NCBI GenBank assembly: GCA_964578645.1
Contig: CAZODR010000003.1
Location: forward strand, 13,951-77,950
Length of the DNA stretch: 64,000 nt
Source: an uncultured Candidatus Saccharibacteria bacterium
GTDB taxonomy: Bacteria > Patescibacteriota > Saccharimonadia > Saccharimonadales > Saccharimonadaceae
Direction: 5' to 3'
Positions within the stretch are counted from its first letter, which is position 1. Every line of letters begins with the position of its first letter. This document shows, in pieces, positions 53,422 through 62,316 of this stretch. The notes under the pieces are model-generated. The model did no database searches. It worked only from the letters and a program-made list of their open reading frames with translations, and had not been told where the DNA came from. Made by a program: the position numbers and the translations under genes.

Positions 53422-54627
53422 ATGAACCGTATTCCACTGCCGGAGCGTATGCGCCCCCAGAGTTTAGACGAAGTCATTGGCCAGTCCGAAATTATCGGCC
53501 CGGGGAAAATTTTGACCGAAATTGTGAAAAAAGCCGAACCAGTGAATTTGATTTTTTGGGGTCCGCCTGGGACCGGGAAAACGACTTTGGCGCGCATTCT
53601 CGCGAAGGAATATCAGGCCGATTTCGTCGAGCTTTCCGCGGTTACGGCGCACAAAAAAGATGTCGAAGAAGTCGTCGAACGCGCGAAAATTAACTGGAAC
53701 CTGAAAATTCGCACCGTGCTTTTTGTCGACGAAATTCATCGGTTTAATAAGGCGCAACAGGACGCATTTCTGCCTCATGTTGAGTCTGGCCTGATCATTC
53801 TCATCGGCGCGACGACCGAGAATCCGAGCTTCGAAGTGATTTCGCCGCTGATTTCGCGTTCACGCGTCGTGGTCGTCGCGCCCCTCGACCACGCGGCGAT
53901 CTTGGCCGTGTTGCGCCGAGCGCTAAAGGCCGAACAAGCCGAAGATCGCGTGTCCGAAGATGCTCTGGCCTACATTGCCGAATTGTCGGGTGGCGATGCG
54001 CGCTCGGCGCTCGGCGACCTCGAACTCGCCTTGAATTTGGCCAAAAAGGTCGACCGTTCCGTCGTCGAAACCGCCGTCGGCAAAAAGATGCCGCTCTACG
54101 ACAAATCCGGCGATTATCATTACGACAACATTTCCGCTTTTATCAAGTCCATGCGCGGCTCCGACGTCGATGCGACGCTGTATTATCTCGCGCGCATGGT
54201 TGCGAGCGGGGAAGATCCGAAATTCATCGCCCGGCGCATGGTAATTTTTGCTTCCGAGGATATTGGCATTGCTGGCAACGGCGCTCTTAACCTTGCCGTA
54301 AGCGCTTTCGAGGCTATCGAGCGCGTGGGTATGCCCGAAGGCGGCATCATCCTCAGCCACGTTGCGACGGTTCTCGCGAAGGCGAAGAAAAATCGCGAGG
54401 CCTACGACGGCTGGGCTCGCGCGCAGGCGCTCGCCCAGAAGACCATGGGTTGCCCCGTCCCGACTTGGCTGCGCAATGCTCCGACAAAATTGATGAAAGA
54501 TCTCGGCTTCGGCAAGGGTCAGAAATGGGAGGCCGGCTTCCATCTCGACAAAAACTATCTCCCCGACGAGATTAAAAACGAAAAAATCTTTGGCCAGCCC
54601 AGCAACTACGACCACAACGCGAAATAA
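53422..54627 (+). CDS. rarA: Replication-associated recombination protein A (AAA+ ATPase)
   Basis: WGPPGTGKTTLA, LFVDEIHRFNK and the MgsA C-terminal region (YDNISAFIKSMRGSD, YYLARM). Confidence 0.92.
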   Translation: MNRIPLPERMRPQSLDEVIGQSEIIGPGKILTEIVKKAEPVNLIFWGPPGTGKTTLARILAKEYQADFVELSAVTAHKKDVEEVVERAKINWNLKIRTVLFVDEIHRFNKAQQDAFLPHVESGLIILIGATTENPSFEVISPLISRSRVVVVAPLDHAAILAVLRRALKAEQAEDRVSEDALAYIAELSGGDARSALGDLELALNLAKKVDRSVVETAVGKKMPLYDKSGDYHYDNISAFIKSMRGSDVDATLYYLARMVASGEDPKFIARRMVIFASEDIGIAGNGALNLAVSAFEAIERVGMPEGGIILSHVATVLAKAKKNREAYDGWARAQALAQKTMGCPVPTWLRNAPTKLMKDLGFGKGQKWEAGFHLDKNYLPDEIKNEKIFGQPSNYDHNAK

Positions 54628-54654
54628 AAGGCCAACCTCGCGGTCGGCCCTGCT

Positions 54655-55425
54655 TCAGTTTGCAAATTCTTTGCGCAAGCATCGCTTGACTTCGTAGAAC
54701 TTCTGCTTTACTTTTCCCCACCCTCGTGGTGGAATGTTAAAGCGCGATGTCATCATCCAAGTCATTTCGTGTGCTTCCTGCCCTGACATCCAGTACTCTT
54801 TATACTGAAAATCCTCGTAGGTTGACACGCGATAATCTTCCTGTTGTACCCCATCCTCAAAGTGGATGTAGACTTTCTCGAGATGGACCACCTGGCCAAA
54901 TTCGCCCTGCTCAGGAATAATCCCGATATAACAGTATCCTGGTTGGAGTATGGCGTCTTCAATCTCAATCCGGTTGAAATAGTTCAACCCTAAGAGCTCT
55001 TCCCAGTTCTTAGCGTCGAACCGCCGTCTGCCGCTATTGCCGTGGTTCTTTGGCCACCGCCCCGTAGCCTCATAAATTTTCCACGCGCAGTAGCTCGTGC
55101 TGCGCCGAACGACAAAGCCCGCCGGGTCAGAAATCAGGTTATAGCCCTCCAGACTATCATCCTCTTCCCAGTCCGCAAATCGCGGATCGCGGTATGGCCA
55201 AGGATAAGTATTCCACTTATCAAACGGCGCAACCTTGACCGCATGCTCGACCTTCTTCGGCGGCCTCATGAGGAAGAAAGGCATCATGCCGGGCTTTGCC
55301 CGCAAAATCGCAATTCGTCCCATCATCCGATAGCCCGTCCGACAAATCTTGCGCACTATCCGTATCCGATTCCATCTCGGACAAGAGTTCCTCGCCAAAA
55401 AGTTTGCAAATTTTAAATAGTTCAT
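54655..55425 (-). CDS. CHAP-domain (Cys/His amidohydrolase-peptidase) protein without signal peptide
   Basis: STSYCAWKIYEATGRWP (catalytic Cys region), then GEFGQVVHLEKV (His region). Basic N-terminal 60 aa. Start moved to ATG behind AGGGGAGG. Confidence 0.7.
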   Translation of the reverse strand: MNYLKFANFLARNSCPRWNRIRIVRKICRTGYRMMGRIAILRAKPGMMPFFLMRPPKKVEHAVKVAPFDKWNTYPWPYRDPRFADWEEDDSLEGYNLISDPAGFVVRRSTSYCAWKIYEATGRWPKNHGNSGRRRFDAKNWEELLGLNYFNRIEIEDAILQPGYCYIGIIPEQGEFGQVVHLEKVYIHFEDGVQQEDYRVSTYEDFQYKEYWMSGQEAHEMTWMMTSRFNIPPRGWGKVKQKFYEVKRCLRKEFAN

Positions 55426-55571
55426 AAAGAACACCTCCCCTTTCTCCGGGCCAAAAGGCCCTTATCTCTTAATTATATCAAAGATCTCATGAAAAGTCAA
55501 GGTTTAGCCCTGAATTTCCGCCAAAATTGCAAAAATTCTCTTTAAAATCTGCGATATTTCCAGCCTACCTA

Positions 55572-55600
55572 TTGACAAAAAGCGAAATCTGTGCTACAAT
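55572..55600 (+). promoter_or_regulatory. Consensus promoter (module family) with no ORF behind it
   Basis: CTATTGACA-17-TACAAT with TGTG extended -10. Confidence 0.7.
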
Positions 55601-55605
55601 GGGAG

Positions 55606-55727
55606 TATAGGGTAATTCTACCCTAAAATTTTGAGACCTTTGCTGAGCGAAGGTTCAGCATCTCGACGCAGCCTGGATTAACGCTGCTCTCGAAGCCCTT
55701 CAGGCCCGCCTTTTCAGGCGGGCCTTT
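55606..55727 (+). ncRNA. Candidate ~120-nt small RNA (promoter to terminator, non-coding)
   Basis: Starts with the hairpin TAGGGT-AATTCT-ACCCTA and has a second hairpin ACCTT-TGCTGAGCG-AAGGT. Ends with the GC-rich stem AGGCCCGCC-TTTTCA-GGCGGGCCT followed by TTTCT. Only a 16-codon TTG ORF without SD is present. Confidence 0.45.
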
Positions 55728-55828
55728 CTATACCCCTAAACCTCCGACCCGGCCGATGGATGTCTCGGCTTTATCATTCTGGAAAACCTTTCCTGTGCTA
55801 TAATGGAAAAGTAAATAAGGAGTTTTTT

Positions 55829-56359
55829 ATGGCAGATTTCAACAAAATTTTGACCCCCGGTGATTATGAAAACGGCGAAATCAACGTCGTCGTCGAGATT
55901 CCGACCGGCTCGAACCACAAAGTCGAATGGGATCGCGAGAATGCTTGCTTCATGCTCGACCGCATCGATCCGATCGCTTTTGCGAAGCCGACGAATTATG
56001 GTTTCATCCCCCAGACTTTGGACGAAGATGGCGACGAGCTCGACGTTTTGCTCATTACCGACCAGCCGCTTCCGACCGGAGTTTATACCAAGGCTCGCGT
56101 CCTCGGCGTCATGAAATTTGTCGATGATGGCGAAGTCGACGACAAGATTATCGCCGTTGTCGCCGACGATCGCAATAACGGCGACTTGATCCAGAAGCTT
56201 GAGGATTTGCCGAAGCGCCTGATTGAACAAATTGAGTTCCATTTTAATCACTATAAAGATCTGAAAAAACCGGGTACGACCGAGGTCAAAGAATTCGCCG
56301 GCCTCGACGACGCTAAGACCGTCATCAAGGGCGCGATTGATCGCTGGAATGCCCAGTAG
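55829..56359 (+). CDS. ppa: Inorganic pyrophosphatase (family I)
   Basis: VVVEIPTGSNHKVEWD and DGDELDVLLI signatures. Start moved to MADFNK behind AAGGAG. Confidence 0.92.
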   Translation: MADFNKILTPGDYENGEINVVVEIPTGSNHKVEWDRENACFMLDRIDPIAFAKPTNYGFIPQTLDEDGDELDVLLITDQPLPTGVYTKARVLGVMKFVDDGEVDDKIIAVVADDRNNGDLIQKLEDLPKRLIEQIEFHFNHYKDLKKPGTTEVKEFAGLDDAKTVIKGAIDRWNAQ

Positions 56360-56457
56360 CTCGAAGTAGTTCGAAGTAGATCGCCAGGGAATTATCCTGC
56401 ATATGAAACCAGCTAAGCCGAAGCTTGGCTGGTTTTGTTCAGCATTGTGCCAAAATC

Positions 56458-56498
56458 CGGAAGGAATTCCTTCCGTTTATTATAACGTGTGTTATAAT
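56458..56498. promoter_or_regulatory. Candidate operator region of the TetR/ABC operon
   Basis: 18-nt perfect palindrome CGGAAGGAATTCCTTCCG (56458..56475). Inverted repeat TTATAAC-GTGT-GTTATAA (56480..56497) overlaps the -10 TATAAT (56493..56498). Confidence 0.5.
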
Positions 56499-56530
56499 AA
56501 CAAGTGTTATAAAAGGGTAAATTACAAATC

Positions 56531-57136
56531 ATGACTACAAATCGCAAAATCCAAAGAGATGATGTCCTCCGAGCAGCGCTAGAACTGCTGAAGATCGAGG
56601 ATATCGACGCCTTGACTGCGCGCCAAATCGCCAGCCTTCTCGACTGTTCGGTGCAGCCAATTTTCTATAATTTCGAAAACATGGAGGAGCTAAAGACCGC
56701 CGCCATCGCTGCCGTCCACGACATTTATGTTTCCTATATGAATGCCGGCGCCGCTGCTCCCAGCGCGTATAAGGGCATGGGCCTGGCCTATATTCGCTTT
56801 GCGCGTGATTATCCGAATTATTTCCAGCTGCTTTTCATGCGCGAGAGCAATCTCAGCCCCGAGTCTTTCATCTGTGAGGACGACTCTTCGAACGAGATTA
56901 TTCGCCATGGCATGGAGATGACTGGCTTTAGTGAGGAAGTTCAGCGACCTTTCCATCTCAAGGTTTGGATTTTTACTCATGGTCTCGCGACCTTGGTTGC
57001 GAACGGCACGGTGCGCTTCACTGACGCCGAAATCGAGCGTCTATTGACCGAGACCGTGCGCGCTCTAGTCGTGGGGATGAAACATCAACCCGGATCGAGC
57101 CATCATCGGCCGAACTCCGCTCCGGATCGGAATTAA
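56531..57136 (+). CDS. TetR-family transcriptional regulator
   Basis: N-terminal HTH (LTARQIASLLDCSVQPIFYNFENMEEL) and an all-helical C-terminal domain. Confidence 0.88.
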   Translation: MTTNRKIQRDDVLRAALELLKIEDIDALTARQIASLLDCSVQPIFYNFENMEELKTAAIAAVHDIYVSYMNAGAAAPSAYKGMGLAYIRFARDYPNYFQLLFMRESNLSPESFICEDDSSNEIIRHGMEMTGFSEEVQRPFHLKVWIFTHGLATLVANGTVRFTDAEIERLLTETVRALVVGMKHQPGSSHHRPNSAPDRN

Positions 57137-57148
57137 TGAAAGGAAAAT

Positions 57149-57913
57149 ATGTCGAAAAACACTATCGCGGTCAAACATTTGACCAAAACTTATAAAAATC
57201 TTACTGCCGTTGACGACCTGAGTTTTACGGTTAAAGAGGGCGAGATTCTCGGGCTTCTCGGTCCGAATGGCAGCGGCAAGACGACGACGATTAATTGCAT
57301 TCTCTCGCTTTTGAAATACGATCGCGGCGAGATTGAAATTTTTGGAGAAACCATGTCGCCCGCGGCCTATGATCTGAAGCGTCAGATTGGCGTCGTTTTC
57401 CAGGAAGTCGCAGTTTTTGACGAGCTCAACGTTTATGATAATATCGATTTCTTTTGTGGGCTTTATATCGCCGACAAAACGACCCGCGCGCAGTGCGTTT
57501 CCGAGGCGATCGCGCTCGTCGGTCTCGAGAAATATCGCAAATTCCTGCCGAAACAACTTTCCGGCGGTCTGTTGCGCCGTCTTAATATCGCCTGCGGAAT
57601 TGCGCATCGCCCGAAACTCATTTTCCTCGACGAACCGACCGTCGCCGTCGATCCCCAGAGTCGTAATCATATTCTCGACAGCATCGCCGCTTTGCGCGCG
57701 GGCGGCGCGACCATCGTCTACACTTCGCATTACATGGAGGAAGTCGAACAACTCTGCGACCGCGTGATTATTATCGACAGCGGAAAAGTCATTGCGAGCG
57801 GCACTTTGGCCGAGCTGAAAAAATTAGTCAAGGCCCAGCCCGCTAAGCCCGTAGCCGGACCAACATTGAACGACGTCTTTCTTGAGCTGACGGGGAAGGA
57901 ACTGCGCGACTAA
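57149..57913 (+). CDS. ABC transporter ATP-binding protein
   Basis: Walker [10 protein letters not shown], signature LSGGLLRR and Walker B LIFLDEPT. Confidence 0.92.
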   Translation: MSKNTIAVKHLTKTYKNLTAVDDLSFTVKEGEILGLLGPNGSGKTTTINCILSLLKYDRGEIEIFGETMSPAAYDLKRQIGVVFQEVAVFDELNVYDNIDFFCGLYIADKTTRAQCVSEAIALVGLEKYRKFLPKQLSGGLLRRLNIACGIAHRPKLIFLDEPTVAVDPQSRNHILDSIAALRAGGATIVYTSHYMEEVEQLCDRVIIIDSGKVIASGTLAELKKLVKAQPAKPVAGPTLNDVFLELTGKELRD

Positions 57914-59043
57914 TGTTTTGGCATAATTTTAAGTATCAGCTAAAAATTCTCTTGCGCGATCGCGCGTTGGTATTTTGGACCTTGGCTTTTCCGTTGATTT
58001 TGGGCACATTCTTTTATCTCGCTTTTTCCAACATTGAATCTAGTGAGAAATTCACGCCTCCGGCGGTGGCGGTCGTCGACGATGCGGCCTTTGCCGAGCA
58101 GGAGACCTTTCGCGCGGCGTTCGCTGAACTCAGTAATCCGGATTCTCCCGACCAGCTTTTTACGACTTCCTATGTCTCGGAGGAGACGGCCGCCGCGCTC
58201 CTAGAGGATGACGAGATTGTCGCTTATCTCCGCTTCGTCGACGACCGCCCCGAGATCGTCGCCAGTACTGGCGATGTTTATGTCACGATCCTGCAGCTCG
58301 CTGTCGGGCGGATTTCCGAACAAATCACGATTACGAACAAAATCGCTGCGAAAGATCCCCGACAGCTCGCTGCCCTCGCGACCGCCGAAACCGCTGAACT
58401 ACGCGATGTTTCTAGCGACCATCTCAGTTATTCCATGATCGAATATTATACCTTGATCGCCATGGCCTGTCTCTATGGCGGCATGATTAGCCTCGTCGCA
58501 GTGAACCATCTGCTCGGCAATATGAGCGCTAGCGGTAAGCGCATTGCCATTAGTCCCGCGCCAAAGGCCATGCTTCTCGTCAGCGCCCTGCTTGCCAGCT
58601 ATCTCATCCAGCTCGTCGGTCTCGTGCTGCTCTTCGCCTATACGTCCCTCGTTCTCGGGGTGGACTATGGCGAATATTTCCCCCAGATCGTCCTGCTTTC
58701 GCTCGTCGGCTGCCTTGGCGGACTCGCGCTGGGCGTTGCCGTCGCCAGCCTCTTTCGCATTAACGAAAACGCCAAGACCGGCCTCATACTCAGCCTCTCG
58801 ATGTTTGGCTGTTTTCTCGCCGGCATGATGGGTATCACAATGAAATATCTCGTCGATACGCACCTTCCCCTGGCGAATCGCCTGAATCCCGCTAATCTGA
58901 TTACCGATGGTCTCTATGCCTTATATTATTACGGTCCAGCCGATCGTTTCTGGGGCAATGTGGCAACATTAGGAATTATAACACTTGTTATAATTAGCGT
59001 ATCTACTCTCGCTTTACGAAAGGAGCAATATGACAGTCTTTAA
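57913..59043 (+). CDS. ABC-2-type transporter permease
   Basis: Start overlaps the ATPase stop (TAATG). One N-terminal TM, a large loop, then 5 C-terminal TM helices. Confidence 0.8.
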   Translation: MFWHNFKYQLKILLRDRALVFWTLAFPLILGTFFYLAFSNIESSEKFTPPAVAVVDDAAFAEQETFRAAFAELSNPDSPDQLFTTSYVSEETAAALLEDDEIVAYLRFVDDRPEIVASTGDVYVTILQLAVGRISEQITITNKIAAKDPRQLAALATAETAELRDVSSDHLSYSMIEYYTLIAMACLYGGMISLVAVNHLLGNMSASGKRIAISPAPKAMLLVSALLASYLIQLVGLVLLFAYTSLVLGVDYGEYFPQIVLLSLVGCLGGLALGVAVASLFRINENAKTGLILSLSMFGCFLAGMMGITMKYLVDTHLPLANRLNPANLITDGLYALYYYGPADRFWGNVATLGIITLVIISVSTLALRKEQYDSL

Positions 59044-60175
59044 AGCCTTCCTCCAAATTCTCAACCGCAACAAGGTCATCCTTATTGTATATAGTTTGAT
59101 GTTGGTTTTCTTTAGCATTTTTAGCGTCAAATCCAACCAAACCACCGCCGTCTTCGAATCGACCAAACCCGACGTCTGCATCATGAATCGCGATCTCGAT
59201 CAGGGAATCACCGCCAGTCTCGTCGATTATCTTGCGGCCGAGAACCATCTCGTTTCGCTGCCCGACAATCCCGACGCTAGGAGCGACGCTCTGTTTTATC
59301 GCGAGGTTAATCTCATTATCGAAATTCCCGAGAATTTCCACGCCGACTTTCTCGCTGGGAAAAATCCCGAAATCACGACCCAAAGCACCGGCGATTACAA
59401 TGCCAGCCTTGCCCAGATGAGTCTCGAACGTTATCTCGAAACCGCCGGCGCTTATCGTCTAGTCGACCAGCGCGAAGCTGATTTGATTCATGATATTGAG
59501 GCGACGCTTTCCGATCCTGTCTCCGTCGAGCTCGTTTCTGGCCGCGATCTCGGCAGCCTGAACCGCGCCAGCTTCTACTTTAACTTCATGAATTATTCGC
59601 TCATTGTCGGCTGCGTCTTCATCATTTGCCTCGCTTTGCTCAGTTTTCGCAACCAAAAAATCGCCGACCGCATCGCCGTCAGTAGCACGAATCCGGAGCG
59701 CGTGAACCGCATCCTGCTCGGCGCGAATCTACTTTTCGCCAGCGCTCTTTGGCTGGTCTATGTCGTGATCGCTTTTATCGTCGTCGGCGGTGCCATGTTC
59801 TCCCTACAAGGTCTGCTCTTGATGCTAAACTCCTTCGTCTTCGTCTTTTGCGTTGTTGCGCTCGCGCTCCTCATCGCCCGGCTAGTGAAGAGCCCAAACG
59901 CCCTGAACGGGATCGTGAACGTCATCGGTCTCGGGAGCTCCTTCCTCTGTGGCGTTTTCGTTCCGCTGGAATGGTTGCCCGATTTCGTCGTCGCGCTCGC
60001 GCATGCCCTGCCCTCGTATTGGTATGTCGACGCCAACGATCGCATTTCGAAGCTCGAAACCATCTCCGGCTCCAGCCTCGCGCCGATTTTCCTTAATTTG
60101 CTCGTCGTCATTCTCTTCGCGCTCGGCTTCATCATCGCTACGAGCATTCTTAGCCACCGCCGCCGCAAAGATTGA
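59030..60175 (+). CDS. ABC-2-type transporter permease (second)
   Basis: Same topology as 57913..59043 and overlaps it by 14 nt. Confidence 0.8.
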   Translation: MTVFKAFLQILNRNKVILIVYSLMLVFFSIFSVKSNQTTAVFESTKPDVCIMNRDLDQGITASLVDYLAAENHLVSLPDNPDARSDALFYREVNLIIEIPENFHADFLAGKNPEITTQSTGDYNASLAQMSLERYLETAGAYRLVDQREADLIHDIEATLSDPVSVELVSGRDLGSLNRASFYFNFMNYSLIVGCVFIICLALLSFRNQKIADRIAVSSTNPERVNRILLGANLLFASALWLVYVVIAFIVVGGAMFSLQGLLLMLNSFVFVFCVVALALLIARLVKSPNALNGIVNVIGLGSSFLCGVFVPLEWLPDFVVALAHALPSYWYVDANDRISKLETISGSSLAPIFLNLLVVILFALGFIIATSILSHRRRKD

Positions 60176-60234
60176 CGCCTAGCGCGACTAGCTCTACCCC
60201 GCATGCCATATTCCCGCTGCGGGGTCTTCTAGTT

Positions 60235-62049
60235 TTATTCCTCCATGAACGCGCCGCTCTGTCGCCCCCAAAGCCCGCGATAAACTCCCTGTTCCTTCTT
60301 CAGTAATTCCGTATGCCGCCCTTGCTCGACAATTTTCCCATCAGCCATGACGACAATCCGGTCCAACCCCGCAACAGTCGACAAGCGGTGCGCAATCACA
60401 ATGCTCGTCCGCCCTTTCATCAGTTTTTCCAGCGCATCTTGAATCAATGCCTCGCTCTCCGAGTCGAGCGCGCTAGTCGCCTCGTCCAAGACCAGAATCG
60501 GCGCATCCTTGAGAATTGCCCGCGCGATCGCAATCCGCTGTCGCTGGCCGCCCGAAAGTTTAATCCCGCGCTCGCCGACCAAGGTTTCATATCCCTGCGG
60601 CAGCTCGCGAATAAACTCATCCGCATTCGCCTGCTTCGCCGCCCAGACGATTTCCTCCGGCTTCGCGTCCAACTTTCCATAAGCAATGTTCTCCGCGATC
60701 GTGCGATGAAACAGCGCGGTTTCTTGCGGCACATACGCGATATTCTCCCGCAAAGATTGTTGCGTAATCTTCTTAATATCCTGCCCCGAAATCGTAATTT
60801 TCCCAGCCTGAACATCCGCGAACCGTAGTAGCAGCTTCGTCAGCGTCGTCTTCCCACTGCCCGAAACCCCGACGAGCCCGATCCGTTCTCCCGGCTTCAC
60901 TTCGAGGCTAAAGTCCTTGAAAATCGCCGTTTTCGCGTCCTTGTGTTTGAAATCAATCCGGTCAAAATCCACCGCCGCTTCCTCGAGCACCAGCGGCTTC
61001 GCATCCTCCGCGTCGACGACATCGTCCTCCATATCCAGAATCAGCGTCATGTCGTGCGCGTCGCCAAACACGCGGTTAAAATTCTTCAAAATCGAGTTTA
61101 TGCTCCAAAGTTCGCCCTGAATCGACTGCGCATAATTCACGATCAGAATCAGCGTCGCGATCGAGACCCCGAGCCACTCTCGCCCCACGAGCAAGAACAC
61201 CAAAATCAGCGCCGTAATCCCCATCTGCACGAAATTAAACATAATATCGCGCTTAATCGTCGCCCCCATCAGGTTCAGCCCACACTTCATCGTATTTCGC
61301 GAGAACTTCGCGTACCGTTCGCGCTCATGCTTCTCGCCGGCGTATGACTTCACCGAAGTAATATTCGTAATCGAATCGGCGAGCTGCCCCGTCTGCTTCG
61401 ATTCTGCCGCCGCCTCGTCGCTATTAAACTTCGAAATTTTCCGAAAACACGCCGCCGAGATCAGGGCATAAATCACCGTAAACACGAGCACTCCCAGCGC
61501 AAACCACGGCACTTGCGGCAGCAGAATTACCACCACCATCACGATGAATGTCACCATCGGCAGCAAATCCCAAATAAACACATCCGTTAACCGCTCGAAC
61601 GCCCAGACAAATTTATTCGTCTGCGAAACCAGCGATCCCGAGAAACGATCGTTGTGGAACTGCATCGATTGCGCGCTCACCGTATCGAAACATTTGCTCG
61701 CCAGATCATAAATCGCCATCAGCTCCATTTTCCAACACCAATACAGCCGCAGTTCCTCGAAAACCAGCTTATTCACGACATAAATTCCGAAAAACATCAA
61801 AACTTCCGGCAGCGCTGTCTTTATTAATTCCTCCAGCGACAGCCCGAGAGAGACCTTTTCGATCAAATCCGCAAAAATCAATGGCGCCAAAATCGCCCGA
61901 ATAAACACCACGAGCGGAGTAATCGCCACCATACCCAGCGAATACCACTTATACTTGACAACTTCCTGCCAATAATAATGCAGGGTGCGAGCCGTCGTCT
62001 TCGCTTTGTCGGCTTTGTCTTCTGGTTTGGTCTCGGAATTTTTACTCAT
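60235..62049 (-). CDS. Fused TMD-NBD ABC exporter (MsbA/multidrug type)
   Basis: Six N-terminal TM helices, Walker A GVSGSGKTT, LSGGQRQR and ILVLDEATS. TATAAT lies 7 nt before the ATG. Confidence 0.92.
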   Translation of the reverse strand: MSKNSETKPEDKADKAKTTARTLHYYWQEVVKYKWYSLGMVAITPLVVFIRAILAPLIFADLIEKVSLGLSLEELIKTALPEVLMFFGIYVVNKLVFEELRLYWCWKMELMAIYDLASKCFDTVSAQSMQFHNDRFSGSLVSQTNKFVWAFERLTDVFIWDLLPMVTFIVMVVVILLPQVPWFALGVLVFTVIYALISAACFRKISKFNSDEAAAESKQTGQLADSITNITSVKSYAGEKHERERYAKFSRNTMKCGLNLMGATIKRDIMFNFVQMGITALILVFLLVGREWLGVSIATLILIVNYAQSIQGELWSINSILKNFNRVFGDAHDMTLILDMEDDVVDAEDAKPLVLEEAAVDFDRIDFKHKDAKTAIFKDFSLEVKPGERIGLVGVSGSGKTTLTKLLLRFADVQAGKITISGQDIKKITQQSLRENIAYVPQETALFHRTIAENIAYGKLDAKPEEIVWAAKQANADEFIRELPQGYETLVGERGIKLSGGQRQRIAIARAILKDAPILVLDEATSALDSESEALIQDALEKLMKGRTSIVIAHRLSTVAGLDRIVVMADGKIVEQGRHTELLKKEQGVYRGLWGRQSGAFMEE

Positions 62050-62109
62050 GCGCTTAATTATATACTACTTGTTTCGAATGAGCAAGCATAATTCTGGACA
62101 AAATTCTCC

Positions 62110-62119
62110 GGGGGGGGGG
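62110..62119. repeat. G10 homopolymer in the intergenic region
   Basis: Ten consecutive G, between the divergent exporter gene (start 62049) and the 62214 promoter. Confidence 0.9.
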
Positions 62120-62213
62120 TGCTTAACAGGGAAAACCTAAGTTTCCGTTTCCTCCGCATTCCCTTAAATTTCATGTTACGACCCTTGACTTTTTAAAATC
62201 TCGCGAAAACCTA

Positions 62214-62242
62214 TTGACAAAAAATGCGAAGTGTGCTACAAT
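62214..62242 (+). promoter_or_regulatory. Consensus promoter (module family) for 62317 gene
   Basis: CTATTGACA-17-TACAAT with TGTG, followed by a structured ~70-nt leader. Confidence 0.7.
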
Positions 62243-62316
62243 GAGAAGATAGGGATGGATCTTGAGATTCAATCCTCGTAGTTTTGATCTCTTCAAAATT
62301 GAAAGGGGGAATTAAT

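Noticed and set aside
55600-55740. The candidate sRNA might be SRP (4.5S) RNA, 6S RNA, tmRNA or RNase P RNA.
   Set aside because: I could not find the SRP domain IV motif (GGAA tetraloop with flanking AGCA/GCAG-type loops), the tmRNA tag/tRNA-like end, or the RNase P conserved regions. The size is too small for 6S, tmRNA or RNase P. This needs a covariance-model search.
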